A DNA stretch of 64,000 nucleotides from Gemmatimonas sp. (GTDB taxonomy: Bacteria > Pseudomonadota > Alphaproteobacteria > SMXQ01). Numbering within the stretch: position 1 is the first letter of the stretch; each line of letters starts with the position of its first letter. The notes under the pieces were generated by a model. That model searched no databases, was not told the DNA's origin, and saw only the letters and a list, made by a program, of their open reading frames with translations. Below, piece by piece: positions 12,716 to 22,252 of the stretch. Made by a program: the position numbers and the translations under genes. The stretch covers positions 173,245 through 237,244 of the forward strand of contig JBLNCI010000043.1 in the NCBI GenBank assembly GCA_050260515.1, read 5' to 3'.

Positions 12716-13942
12716 TTACGCGCCGGCGATCGCGATGTCATGCGGTCGCTTGCCGAGGCGGCGGCCGCCCTGGGGCGTGACGACGATGGTGTCGCCCCAC
12801 ACGCATTCGCACGCACCGTCGGCCGAGCGGAGCGAGGGTTTGAAGATGAAGACCATGTTCTCCTGAAGACGCGTCGCGAGCTGCTCCGGGCGATGCTGGC
12901 TGCGGGTGATCAGCGGGCCGTCGTCCCCCGCGCCGCGGCCATGCATGTTGAGGCTGCCGGTGGCTCCGGCCGCCGGACCCGTCTTGGGCGCGAACTTCAC
13001 CGCGAGTTGCTCCGTGAGATCGCGTATCTCGCCGAGTGTGATGCCGGGGCGCAGCCGCTCGAGCAAGCGCGCGTAGACCTCGCGATGGACCTTCATCATC
13101 TCGGCATACACCGGATCGGCGACGGCGACGAACACCGGCTGGACGGCCTGCGCGCGATAGCCGATCCACGACGCCTCGATCTCGTTGAGGATGATGTCGC
13201 CGCGTTGCAGCACGCGACGGCTCGGCAGGGTCATCGGGTGCCGCGCCTTCGGCCCCGACACCCAGTGGGTGTGGAATGGCAGCTCCGAGCCGTTCTTGAC
13301 GAGGGTCGCCATGACCTCCGCCCACACCTCCCAGTCCTGGACCCCGGGACGTGCAAAGGCGATCTTCGCGGCAACGGCTTTCTCGATGATCTCCTGCGAC
13401 TTGGCGAGGACGGCGATCTCCTCCTCGCTCTTGACGTAACGCACCTGCTCCAGCACGGACGTCGCGTCGACCAGCTCGGCGTCGGGGAACGCCTCGCGGA
13501 TCGCCTTCCAGAAGCCATGCAGGATGGTGCCGAGCGGCGTGCGCGTGCCCGCACCGAGACCGGTGATGCCGATGCGGCCGCGCTCGACACCGAGCTCCTT
13601 CAGCCGCTCGACAGTGGGCTTGGCGTAATTGCGCCGCGCCTCGCGGACGTCCTTGGTCCAGCACTGCACGGCCTCGAACCAGTGATACTTCGCCTGGTTC
13701 GCGACCGCGGTGATCTCGCCATCGAGCGGGAACACCACCGCGATGTCGGCGTCGCCGCCGCCGCCGACGTGGGACAGGTAGCGAGCGTTGGCCTGGAAAT
13801 CGGTCGAATGGCCGGTGTTGTTGGGGACGACGATGACGTCGAGCTTCTGCGCGCGCATCAGGGCGCGCACCGCCGCCCAGCGACGATCGCGCTCGGCGAG
13901 CGAGAATTGCGGGTAAAGGCCTTGCTGCTCGACTCCGTCCAC
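12716..13942 (-). CDS. M24 (pita-bread fold) hydrolase-like protein with non-canonical metal ligands
   Basis: Creatinase/prolidase N-domain (FSLAERDRRW), RYVKSEEEI, HGRG, ENMVFIFKP, GDTIVVT; GTG start. Confidence 0.82.
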   Translation of the reverse strand: MDGVEQQGLYPQFSLAERDRRWAAVRALMRAQKLDVIVVPNNTGHSTDFQANARYLSHVGGGGDADIAVVFPLDGEITAVANQAKYHWFEAVQCWTKDVREARRNYAKPTVERLKELGVERGRIGITGLGAGTRTPLGTILHGFWKAIREAFPDAELVDATSVLEQVRYVKSEEEIAVLAKSQEIIEKAVAAKIAFARPGVQDWEVWAEVMATLVKNGSELPFHTHWVSGPKARHPMTLPSRRVLQRGDIILNEIEASWIGYRAQAVQPVFVAVADPVYAEMMKVHREVYARLLERLRPGITLGEIRDLTEQLAVKFAPKTGPAAGATGSLNMHGRGAGDDGPLITRSQHRPEQLATRLQENMVFIFKPSLRSADGACECVWGDTIVVTPQGGRRLGKRPHDIAIAGA

Positions 13943-13969
13943 GCTCTCCCCCTCAGCACATGCGCCGAT

Positions 13970-14908
13970 TCACGGCGTCCGGAACTCGACGAAATTCGCG
14001 CCCGGGTCCCTGACATACAGCGACTTCGCCCACCCGACCGAGCGCGGATGAGCGACCGGCCCGACCAGCGAGAGTCCGGCGTCGCGCGCGCGTCCGGCGA
14101 CGATCTCCAACTGATTTTCGGGCACGACGAACGATGTGCGCGGCGCGCCCACCGTCAGCTCCTCGGGCGGCTCCTGGTCGTGCTTCGTGGCGAGAAAGAT
14201 GCCGAACACATCGCGGCCGGCGTTGAGAAACATCTGCATGTTGGGGCGGGCGATCAACGGGTTCTGGCCGGGAGCGACATAGAAGCGCTTGTCCCAGCGA
14301 CGGGTGCCGGGCGCCATGTCTTCCTTGCCTTCGCCCCAGGCGGCGGCGCGCTCATAGTCGGCAGTCGAGGCCCCGACCAGATGGTTCACCGACAGACCGA
14401 GGCGACCGACATAGAACAGCTCCATCCATTCGATGTCGATGCACTGCACGCCGACGTGATCGATCGCGGCGATTCCCGGACCGCCTCCGGCCGCGACGAC
14501 CAGTTGAATGCGGTTGCCGAACGGATCGAGGACATAGCAGTTGTCCGTCTTCTCCGCGGGACGATCCTCGCGATAGGTGGCGACGGGAATCTGCCGGGCC
14601 GCGAGACGGTCGAGAATCGCCCGGCGCACATCCGCCGTGACGCGATAAGCCTGATGAATGCCGGTGTCGGCGGGCGGTAATGCGGCATCGACGGTCAGCG
14701 CAACGCGCTGCCCCGAGGCCGCGGCGACGACGCGGTGGCGGCCGCACTCCGGCAGCAGATCCGAACCGGCATCGGCGAATCCCAGCACGTCGCAATAGAA
14801 AGCGCGCGCGGCGTCGAGGTCCGACACCGCGACCGCGATGTGACCGAGACCGGCGACCGGAACGCATTGCGCCGGCAGCGCGACGAGGGCGGGAACGCTA
14901 CTCGACAT
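13970..14908 (-). CDS. VOC family protein, two modules
   Basis: LGHIAVAVSDL...FY.DVLG, DPFGNRIQL, IDHVGV, RDPGANFVEF. Confidence 0.82.
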   Translation of the reverse strand: MSSSVPALVALPAQCVPVAGLGHIAVAVSDLDAARAFYCDVLGFADAGSDLLPECGRHRVVAAASGQRVALTVDAALPPADTGIHQAYRVTADVRRAILDRLAARQIPVATYREDRPAEKTDNCYVLDPFGNRIQLVVAAGGGPGIAAIDHVGVQCIDIEWMELFYVGRLGLSVNHLVGASTADYERAAAWGEGKEDMAPGTRRWDKRFYVAPGQNPLIARPNMQMFLNAGRDVFGIFLATKHDQEPPEELTVGAPRTSFVVPENQLEIVAGRARDAGLSLVGPVAHPRSVGWAKSLYVRDPGANFVEFRTP

Positions 14909-15365
14909 TGATGTACCGCCGCTTCTTCGGGTTTGGCTCCTCGTCCCGCCGCCACAGCACTTCGAGGAAGTTGCCGCTCGGATCCTTGAAGTAGATCGAC
15001 TCGCCGAACGGGCCGTTGACGGGATGCGCGTTGGGCCCCTCGAAGGGCACGCCGTGGCTCTTCAGCCGCTCCATCACATCCCCGAACTTCGCACGGGTGA
15101 CGACGAAGCCGTGACGGAACCCGTGGGCGCCGCGCAGCTTGCCCTCGTCCGGCATCGGCATGAAGCCGGGCGCGACGCCGAGCGCGATCAAGTAATCCTC
15201 GACGATCACCGACTGGAAGACAGCGACGCCGGCCAGCGCGTCCTCGGTCGAGAAGTTGGTGCGCTGGTGCGGAGTGGCGCCGAGCACGTCGCAGTAGAAG
15301 CGGACGGCCTGCGGCAGGTCGTGCACGCAGATCGCCGTGTGATTGATGCTGTCGATATCGGCCAC
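14898..15365 (-). CDS. VOC family protein (single module)
   Basis: GTG start after GAGGGGG; INHTAICVHDL...FY.DVLG, FRHGF, SIYFKDPSGNFLEV. Confidence 0.85.
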   Translation of the reverse strand: MADIDSINHTAICVHDLPQAVRFYCDVLGATPHQRTNFSTEDALAGVAVFQSVIVEDYLIALGVAPGFMPMPDEGKLRGAHGFRHGFVVTRAKFGDVMERLKSHGVPFEGPNAHPVNGPFGESIYFKDPSGNFLEVLWRRDEEPNPKKRRYINVE

Positions 15366-15385
15366 CGATACCCCCTCTGTTCCGA

Positions 15386-16180
15386 TCAGACGGCCGAAGC
15401 CGCCGCGCACGGGAACGGGATTGCCTGATCGGGCTTCCAGTCCTTGCGGATGACGAGTTGGTTGGTATCGACCAGCACATGGCCATCGTCGGCGATCTCG
15501 ACCGGATGGGTGCGCAGCGGCGGCAACCCCTTCATGTGGCTGATCGACACGCCCTTGCGGTCGTAGGTCGCCTTGTGGAATGGGCAGTAGAAGGACCAGT
15601 GCTCCGGCCGCCAGCGCAGCTCGCCGTTCATGTGCGTGCACCAGTGCGACAGCGCGAGGAATCCTTCGGGCCGGCGCACCAGATAGAACTGCGCGTCCTT
15701 GAAGTGGGTGACCGAGCCGACGGCGAAGGCCTCCGCCGCACCGCAATCGATGCGGCCGATCGACGCCTTGAGCAGCTCGTAGGCGTCGGGCCCGATCGCC
15801 TGGACCTGATAGCGGTGGCCGTCGGGATCGAACACGTCGAGGCTGATCTGGCCGCGCGCGCGGAACGCGGCGCGGGTGTCGGCGATCGGGAATCCGGCGG
15901 CGGCACGGCGTTCGCAGATCCGCTTGTGGGCCTCGACCGAGAGCGCCAGCGCGTGATGGATGGCGGCGCTGTTCGGGCGGAACGGGAGAATCTTCTCCTT
16001 GGTTTCCACCAGCAGGAACATGTGGCCGTTCTGCGTACGGAGCAGGCTGTTCGGCCCCTCCTCAGCCACCAGGTTGCGGCCGACGACGTCCAGGCCGAAG
16101 GTGTCGCGGTAAAACGCCTCGGACCGATCGAGGTCGCTGACCTGGACCATCAGATGATTGAGGCCGAGCACGACCGACAT
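15386..16180 (-). CDS. VOC domain fused to a C-terminal Rieske [2Fe-2S] domain
   Basis: N-term LNHLMVQVSDL...DPDGHRYQV; C-term CTH-x15-CPFH Rieske motif and PPL. Confidence 0.85.
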   Translation of the reverse strand: MSVVLGLNHLMVQVSDLDRSEAFYRDTFGLDVVGRNLVAEEGPNSLLRTQNGHMFLLVETKEKILPFRPNSAAIHHALALSVEAHKRICERRAAAGFPIADTRAAFRARGQISLDVFDPDGHRYQVQAIGPDAYELLKASIGRIDCGAAEAFAVGSVTHFKDAQFYLVRRPEGFLALSHWCTHMNGELRWRPEHWSFYCPFHKATYDRKGVSISHMKGLPPLRTHPVEIADDGHVLVDTNQLVIRKDWKPDQAIPFPCAAASAV

Positions 16181-16354
16181 GCTGCGCCATCTCCCTGCGT
16201 GACGTGGCGGCGAACGCTCCGCCTGGCGCTTGATCCGCGCCTTTGAAGGACAGGGATTTTACGGACTTCCCGCCCGGCACCGCTAGGCCGAAATACGCAA
16301 CTTAGATTTTCGCCAGAGCGGATAATCGCCGGCCGCGAGCCCGACGCGCGAGAG

Positions 16355-16909
16355 TCACCGCCAGTGCTCGGGCCCGAGGCTCGGGCCGCCGATCTTGCGC
16401 TTGTAGGCGGCGGCACGGCCGCCCTCTTGCTCCGGGAACACGACCATCACTTCCTCATCGGGCGCGACGTGCTCGAACTCCACATCGCGGTCGGGGAACA
16501 GGACGATCTGCGTCGTCCCGACGTGGACGGTGATGCGCGAGCCGCGCTCGACAGCGTCAGCAGCGCTCGCCTTGAGGTCGGAGTAGTAGGGCTCCTCGCG
16601 CCACGCCTCGGGGAAGTCGGGGTCGACGTAGACGTGGGCGTTGATGCCGTCCTCGAGCACCTCGATCACCATGTGCGAGGTCTTGGGATACCAGTGGTCG
16701 CCGACGCCCTCGTTCATCAGGTACTCGCAGAACCACGCCCGGCAATCGTCGGGTCGCATCGCGTGGATGCCGCAGCCCTGCCCGACCACGCAATGCGGGC
16801 AGTATTGCCACTGCGGCTTCTGCAGCACGTCGACCCGGATCACCTTGCAGCACAGCGTGCATCCGTCGCAGGCGCGGGGGGAGTCGGTTTCCGGGGCCGC
16901 CTCAGTCAT
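16355..16909 (-). CDS. Cys-rich YkgJ-like (CxxCxxCC) protein
   Basis: CDGCTLCCK...CPHC...GCGIH..RP..CR.WFC. Confidence 0.7.
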   Translation of the reverse strand: MTEAAPETDSPRACDGCTLCCKVIRVDVLQKPQWQYCPHCVVGQGCGIHAMRPDDCRAWFCEYLMNEGVGDHWYPKTSHMVIEVLEDGINAHVYVDPDFPEAWREEPYYSDLKASAADAVERGSRITVHVGTTQIVLFPDRDVEFEHVAPDEEVMVVFPEQEGGRAAAYKRKIGGPSLGPEHWR

Positions 16910-16929
16910 GACGAAGCGCTTTCTTCAGT

Positions 16930-17017
16930 GTCATGGTCGGCGAAGGCCGACCATCCACGCGTTTTTGCTCTGTGGTCAAAGAAACTCGTGGATGGTCGGG
17001 CCAAGCCCGACCATGAC
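16930..17017. repeat. Intergenic palindromic repeat, family B
   Basis: gtcatggtcgg..ccgaccatccacg ... cgtggatggtcggg..cccgaccatgac. Confidence 0.8.
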
Positions 17018-17041
17018 GAAAGAAATCCGTGCGCGCGCTCC

Positions 17042-17431
17042 CTACCCCACCACCGCCGTGACCTCGATCTGGACCACGAGGTCCTTCGGGATCTCGGTGA
17101 CGAAGACTTTGCGCACCGGCCGGTTCTCCTCGTCGGGGAACATCTTGAGCCACTCCTTGTTGAGGAGTTCGCGGGTCGACATGTCGTGGACGTAGAACAG
17201 CATGCGGCCGATGTCGTCGGTCGTGCCGCCGGCGGCCTCCATCGTGATCCGGACGTTGCCGAAGGCGTTGGCGACCTGGATCGCCGCGTCCTTCGGCACC
17301 TCGCCGGTCTTGGGATCGTAGCCGCCGATCGACGACGAGAAGACCATGTTGCCGAGCTTCACCGCGTTGGGGATCGGGTTCTTGTGGCGGGGAACGCCGG
17401 GAACGTGAACCACCTGCCGCTTCTTGGCCAT
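17042..17431 (-). CDS. RidA/YjgF family protein
   Basis: HKNPIPNAVKLGNMVFSSSIGG, N.EWLKMFP...RP.R, QIEVTAV; ATG after GAGGA. Confidence 0.85.
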   Translation of the reverse strand: MAKKRQVVHVPGVPRHKNPIPNAVKLGNMVFSSSIGGYDPKTGEVPKDAAIQVANAFGNVRITMEAAGGTTDDIGRMLFYVHDMSTRELLNKEWLKMFPDEENRPVRKVFVTEIPKDLVVQIEVTAVVG

Positions 17432-17484
17432 CGAGTCCTCCTCTAGCCCTATCGTCGTTCGGGTCGTCTTGGCGGAACGTCTTC

Positions 17485-17823
17485 TTACAGTATCGGCCCG
17501 TCGGGCGCATAGCTCGCCCGGTGATCCTCGACCTCGATCACCCACACGTCGGGGTCGCGCTTGATCGTCCGCGCGACGAACTCCTCGGCCTTGGCTTCGT
17601 CGACCAGCTCGGCGCCGAGCGGCCGCATCCACGCCGGCCTGCCGTCGAGGTCGCGGGTCTGGCTCAGCGCCAGCACACCCTTTCCGGGGCGGTTGACGAG
17701 GAGCACGATCGCGCCGGCGTCGGGGTCGCCGCGGCGGCGGACGATGAGCGGGATGTTGTTGATGTCGCAGCGGCGGAGCTGGGCCTGGACCCACAGCTCG
17801 GTGCGCACTCGGGGCTCGGTCAT
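17485..17823 (-). CDS. DUF1491 family protein
   Basis: RVRTELWVQA.LRRC, RRGD.DAGAI, RDPDVWVIEVED. Confidence 0.88.
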   Translation of the reverse strand: MTEPRVRTELWVQAQLRRCDINNIPLIVRRRGDPDAGAIVLLVNRPGKGVLALSQTRDLDGRPAWMRPLGAELVDEAKAEEFVARTIKRDPDVWVIEVEDHRASYAPDGPIL

Positions 17824-17877
17824 CGGCCCATGATAGCGCGCGATCCGGCCGCGATCACAGGGGACTTGGGCGACGGC

Positions 17878-18669
17878 TCAGTTGGTGGCGCGGTCGACCT
17901 GGGCCTGCCGGGCCTTGGCGCGCAGCTCGTCGGCCATCGCCTGGAACTGCGCCGCCGAGGTGATGCCGCTGACCATGCGGTCGCCGATGACGTAGGCCGG
18001 CGTGCCGTCGACCTTCAGCGACTGGGCGAGCGCGAAGTTGGCGCGCAGGATCTCGGTGATCTCCGGCGCATCCATGTCGGCCCTGAGACGCTCGATGTCG
18101 ATGCCGACCTGCATCGCCATGCCGAAGATCTCGGAGTCGCTGAAGTCGCCGCGGTGCGCCATCATCGCGTCGTGGAACGGCAGGTACTTGTGCTGGCGGA
18201 TCGACGCGAGCGCCGCGCGCGAGGCGCGCACCGACGGCGCGCCGAGGATCGGGAATTCCTTGTAGACGATGCGCGCGTTGCCGTCGGCGGCGAGAAACGC
18301 CTTCTCCTGCGCGACGCCCTGCTTGCAGAACGGGCAGCGGTAATCGAAGAACAGCACGATGGTCACGTCGCCGTTCGGGTTGCCGGCGACCTGCGACGTG
18401 GCGTCGTCGTAGAGCCGGTCCTGGTTCATGGCGATGGCGTCGCGCGGGTCGGCCGCGGCGGCCGGCTGCGGGATCTGCTCCGCCTGCAGCCGCGTCACCG
18501 ACTCGAGCACGACCTCGGGGTGACGCATGATGTAATCGCGCACCCTGTTGTCGAAGGCGGCCGAGCTGTCGACGCCCGGCATCAGCCGCGCGCTGCCGAT
18601 CACCGCGAACACGGCGACGACGCCGAGCGCGATCAGGAAGGACAATGGACGGGCAAAGGGTCGCTTCAT
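17878..18669 (-). CDS. DsbA/Com1-like thioredoxin-fold protein
   Basis: GNPNGDVTIVLFFDYRCPFCK, KEFPILG, GTPAYVIG; N-terminal membrane anchor. Confidence 0.9.
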   Translation of the reverse strand: MKRPFARPLSFLIALGVVAVFAVIGSARLMPGVDSSAAFDNRVRDYIMRHPEVVLESVTRLQAEQIPQPAAAADPRDAIAMNQDRLYDDATSQVAGNPNGDVTIVLFFDYRCPFCKQGVAQEKAFLAADGNARIVYKEFPILGAPSVRASRAALASIRQHKYLPFHDAMMAHRGDFSDSEIFGMAMQVGIDIERLRADMDAPEITEILRANFALAQSLKVDGTPAYVIGDRMVSGITSAAQFQAMADELRAKARQAQVDRATN

Positions 18670-18782
18670 CGAGTCTCTTTCGCTCCGCGGGCGTGTGCGC
18701 GGCCAACATCGCCGCCCGGCGTGCGCCGCGCGGACCTCTCCATAGCAGAGGTTCGGCGATGTTGGTTAACGAATGGTGACGA

Positions 18783-19523
18783 TCACGAGAAGTTGCCGCC
18801 GCCGTTGACGTTGACGACGTCGCCGACCATGTAGCTCGCCCCCTCGCCGACCAGGAAGCAGGCGACCTCCGCGATCTCCTCGGGGCGGCCGATGCGCCCG
18901 AGCGGCACGCGCTCGGCGAGCTGCTTCAGCGCCGCCTCCGAGTAGTCGGCGGTCATCGCCGTCGCCGTCGAGCCCGGGCTCACCGCGTTGACGCGGATGC
19001 CGTGCGGCGCCAGCGAGCGGGCGAGCGAGCGCGTGAGCCCGATGATCGCCGCCTTCGATGTCGCGTAGGCCGGGCCGCCGCGACCGTGGCCGCCGACGCC
19101 GCCCGAGTTCATCACCGTGGAGCTCGCCAGCACGATGGCACCCTTGCCCGCCTTCTTCATCGCGGCGGCCGCCGCCTTGGCGATCAGGAACGCGCCGGTG
19201 ACGTTCACCGCCATGATGCGGTTGAACTCGGCTGCGTCCGCCTCCTCCCACGTCATGGTCGAGTGCAGCGCCGCCATGTGGATCAGGCCGTCGAGCCCCC
19301 CGAAGCGATTCACCGTCGCGGCGACCGCGTCGCGGCACTCCTGCTCCGACGACACGTCGGCGCGGAGTGCGATGAGGCGCTCGCGCGCTCCGTTCGCGTT
19401 GGTCAGATCGCCGGTGAGCGGCTGCATGTCGAGCGCGGCGACGTTGTGACCGTCGGCAAGGAGCTTGTGGGCGCAGGCGCGGCCGATGCCGCTCGCCGCC
19501 CCGGTGACGATGTAGGTTTTCAT
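18783..19523 (-). CDS. SDR family oxidoreductase
   Basis: TGAASGIG, YATSK, VNAVSPG. Confidence 0.92.
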   Translation of the reverse strand: MKTYIVTGAASGIGRACAHKLLADGHNVAALDMQPLTGDLTNANGARERLIALRADVSSEQECRDAVAATVNRFGGLDGLIHMAALHSTMTWEEADAAEFNRIMAVNVTGAFLIAKAAAAAMKKAGKGAIVLASSTVMNSGGVGGHGRGGPAYATSKAAIIGLTRSLARSLAPHGIRVNAVSPGSTATAMTADYSEAALKQLAERVPLGRIGRPEEIAEVACFLVGEGASYMVGDVVNVNGGGNFS

Positions 19524-19545
19524 GAGATCCCCCGTTTAGAAACAA

Positions 19546-19628
19546 CCCTCACCCTTCCCTCTTCCCGCAAGCGGGGCGAGGGTTTTCATTTAACCCTCTC
19601 CCCAGAGGGGAAAGGGTTGGGTGAGGGG
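19546..19628. repeat. Intergenic palindromic repeat, family C (CCCTCACCC..CTCTCCC / GGGAGAGGG..GGGTGAGGGG)
   Basis: Related copies at 49281-49436 and 62418-62650. Confidence 0.75.
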
Positions 19629-19634
19629 CACAGA

Positions 19635-19667
19635 GAAAAACGGCCGGTGACGTGAGTCACCGGCCGT
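19635..19667 (-). terminator. Rho-independent terminator after the aldehyde dehydrogenase
   Basis: Perfect stem acggccggtgac/gtcaccggccgt with an adjoining A-run (U-run on the minus strand). Confidence 0.75.
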
Positions 19668-19693
19668 CGTTCATTGTTTCGCTCAACGTCCGC

Positions 19694-21169
19694 TCAGCCG
19701 AGCATGACGTGGATCGACTTCTCCTCGGTGTAGGACAGCATCTCGTCGGTCGCTTCCTCGCGGCCGGTGCCGGAGTTGCGATAGCCGCCGAACGGCATGC
19801 CCTTGTAGTGGGCCGAGGTGCCGTTGATCCAGACGTAGCCCGACTTGACGCGGAGCGCGGTCTTGAGCGCAGTCTGCAGATTGTTGGTCCACACCGCGCC
19901 GGTCAGGCCGTACTCGACGTTGTTCGCGGCCTCGAGGCACTGGTCGAGGTCGCTCCACTTGAACACCGACAGCACCGGCCCGAAGATCTCCTCGCGGGCG
20001 ATGCGCATGTTCGGCTTCACGTCGGCGAACACCGTCGGCTCCATCCAGAAGCCCTTCTCGAACTGCTTGCCCTCGGGACGCTTGCCGCCGGTCATCAGCC
20101 GCGCGCCGTCCTCCTGGCCCGCCTTGATGTAGTACTGCACCTTCTCGTACTGCGCCTTCGAGTTGATCGGCCCCATCTGCGAACTCTCGTCGAGCGGCTC
20201 GCCGAGCTTCAGCGCCTTGACCTTGGCGACCAGCTTCTCGAGCACCTTGTCGTGGATCGACTCGTGCAGGAACAGGCGGCTCGTGGAGCCGCACGACTGG
20301 CCCTGCCAGGCGAAGTTCATGCCGGCGATGGCCCCGGCGACCGCCTTGTCGACGTCGACGTCGGGGAACACGATCATCGGGTTCTTGCCGCCCAGCTCGA
20401 GCGAGAAGATCTTCACCGCGACCTCGGCCGCCGCCTTCTGGATCGCCATGCCGGTCTTGGCCGAGCCGGTGAACGCGAGCCGCTTGATGTGCGGGTGGCG
20501 GACGATGGCGTCGCCGGCTTCCATGCCGAGGCCGGTGACGATGTTGACGACGCCCGGCGGCATGATGCGCGCGCATTCCTCGGCGAGGATCGACGCCGAC
20601 AGCGGGCTCTGCTCCGACGGCTTGATGATGACGGCATTGCCCGCCATCAGCGGCGCCGCCATCTTCGAGATCGCGAACATGATCGGATGGTTGAACGGGA
20701 TGATGCGACCGACGACGCCGTACGGCTCGCGCACCGTGAAGTGCAGGTTGCCGACCGACGCCGGCACCGTCATGCCCTTCAGCTCGTGGGCGACGCCCGC
20801 GTAGAACCGCAGCGTGTCGAGTCCTGAGCCGACGTCGAAGCGCATCTTGGCGATGGTGTTGCCGGTGTCCATCACCTCGATGTGGAGCGCCTCTTCGGCG
20901 CGGGCTTCCAACGCGTCGGCGAGCTTGCGCAGGTACTCGGCGCGCTTGCCGGGACCGATCGCCTCCCATTCGGGCTGCGCCTTGGCCGCGGCCTGGTAGG
21001 CGCGCTCGACGTCCTGCTTGTCGCCGCGCGGCACCTCGCCGAGCAGCTCTTCGTTGGCCGGATTGATCGACTCCAGCCAGCGGCCGCTGGCGGCCGCGCA
21101 CAGCTCGCCGCCGATCAACATCTTCATCTTGCCGAGCGGAAGCTTCGGCAGCTTCAGTGCGGTGCTCAT
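19694..21169 (-). CDS. Aldehyde dehydrogenase
   Basis: IIPFNHP, FTGS, LELGGKNP, GQSC, EEIFGP, PFGGY.NSG.GRE; start MSTALK. Confidence 0.95.
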   Translation of the reverse strand: MSTALKLPKLPLGKMKMLIGGELCAAASGRWLESINPANEELLGEVPRGDKQDVERAYQAAAKAQPEWEAIGPGKRAEYLRKLADALEARAEEALHIEVMDTGNTIAKMRFDVGSGLDTLRFYAGVAHELKGMTVPASVGNLHFTVREPYGVVGRIIPFNHPIMFAISKMAAPLMAGNAVIIKPSEQSPLSASILAEECARIMPPGVVNIVTGLGMEAGDAIVRHPHIKRLAFTGSAKTGMAIQKAAAEVAVKIFSLELGGKNPMIVFPDVDVDKAVAGAIAGMNFAWQGQSCGSTSRLFLHESIHDKVLEKLVAKVKALKLGEPLDESSQMGPINSKAQYEKVQYYIKAGQEDGARLMTGGKRPEGKQFEKGFWMEPTVFADVKPNMRIAREEIFGPVLSVFKWSDLDQCLEAANNVEYGLTGAVWTNNLQTALKTALRVKSGYVWINGTSAHYKGMPFGGYRNSGTGREEATDEMLSYTEEKSIHVMLG

Positions 21170-21385
21170 GGCTCTCTCCCTCAGGGAAATATTTTTTGAA
21201 ACAACGGGTGATGTCGGATGGAGCCGTATTCTGGCCCGGCGCACGGGCCCGTTTCCAGCGTGAAATCCGCGCGCGCCGTCAGACCGCGGAATGGCGGCGG
21301 TTCGGCTGAATTGATCGCCGCCCGCCCGGCCGTATACTGCGCGCCCGCAACGACAATTCGCCAGGCATCACAACGGGAGCGCTCC

Positions 21386-22252
21386 TTGAAACCGTCGGCT
21401 TACGGCCCCTTCCCTTACGTCCCCGCGCCCAAGCGTCCGAAGATCACCTGGCCGAACGGCGCCAACGTCGCGTTCTGGGTGGTGGTCAACTTCGAGTACT
21501 TCCCGCTCGACCAGCCGATCCCGGGCGGGCACGGCAAGGTGCCCGACGTCGTCGCGTGGTCGCGCCGCGACTACGGCAACCGCGTCGGCGCGTTCCGGAT
21601 CATGGAGCGGATGAGCCGCTACGGGGTGCGCGGCACGGCGAACATCAACGCCGATCTGTGCGAAGCGCATCCGGAGATCGTCGCCGAGGCGAAGAAGCTC
21701 GGCTGGGAGTTCATGGCCCACGGCCGCTCCAACAGCCGCGCGATGCATCACCTGCCAGCCGACCGCGAGCGCGACGAGATCCACGACGCGATCGAGATCA
21801 TCACCAGGGCGACCGGCACGCGGCCGAAGGGCTGGATGGGGCCCGGCATGCACGAGACGTGGAACACGCTCGATTACCTCGCCGACGAGGGCATGCTCTA
21901 CAACGCCGACTGGATCAACGACGACCAGCCCTACGTCATGAACGTGAAGGGCAAGCAGATGGTCCAGATCCCCTACGGCGAGCAGCCCCACGACAAGGGT
22001 GCGATGGACCGGCTCCACTACACCAACGACGAGTTCGTGCAGATGGTGAAGGACCACTTCGACACGCTGTACGCCGAGGGCGAGAGGTCCGGCAAGGTGG
22101 TGGTCGTGGCGCTGCACCCGTTCGTCGCCGGGCAGTCGTACCGCATCCAGATCGTCGATCGCATCCTCAGCTACATCATGGGGCACCCGAAGGTGTGGGC
22201 GGCGACCGGCGGCGAGATCGCCGAGCACTTCCTCAAAGGCCCGACGTTCTAG
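21386..22252 (+). CDS. Polysaccharide deacetylase family protein (PuuE/allantoinase-like)
   Basis: WPNGANVAFWVVVNFE, DYGNRVG, HG, P.GW.GPG, DDQPY, LHPF; TTG start after GGGAG. Confidence 0.85.
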   Translation: MKPSAYGPFPYVPAPKRPKITWPNGANVAFWVVVNFEYFPLDQPIPGGHGKVPDVVAWSRRDYGNRVGAFRIMERMSRYGVRGTANINADLCEAHPEIVAEAKKLGWEFMAHGRSNSRAMHHLPADRERDEIHDAIEIITRATGTRPKGWMGPGMHETWNTLDYLADEGMLYNADWINDDQPYVMNVKGKQMVQIPYGEQPHDKGAMDRLHYTNDEFVQMVKDHFDTLYAEGERSGKVVVVALHPFVAGQSYRIQIVDRILSYIMGHPKVWAATGGEIAEHFLKGPTF

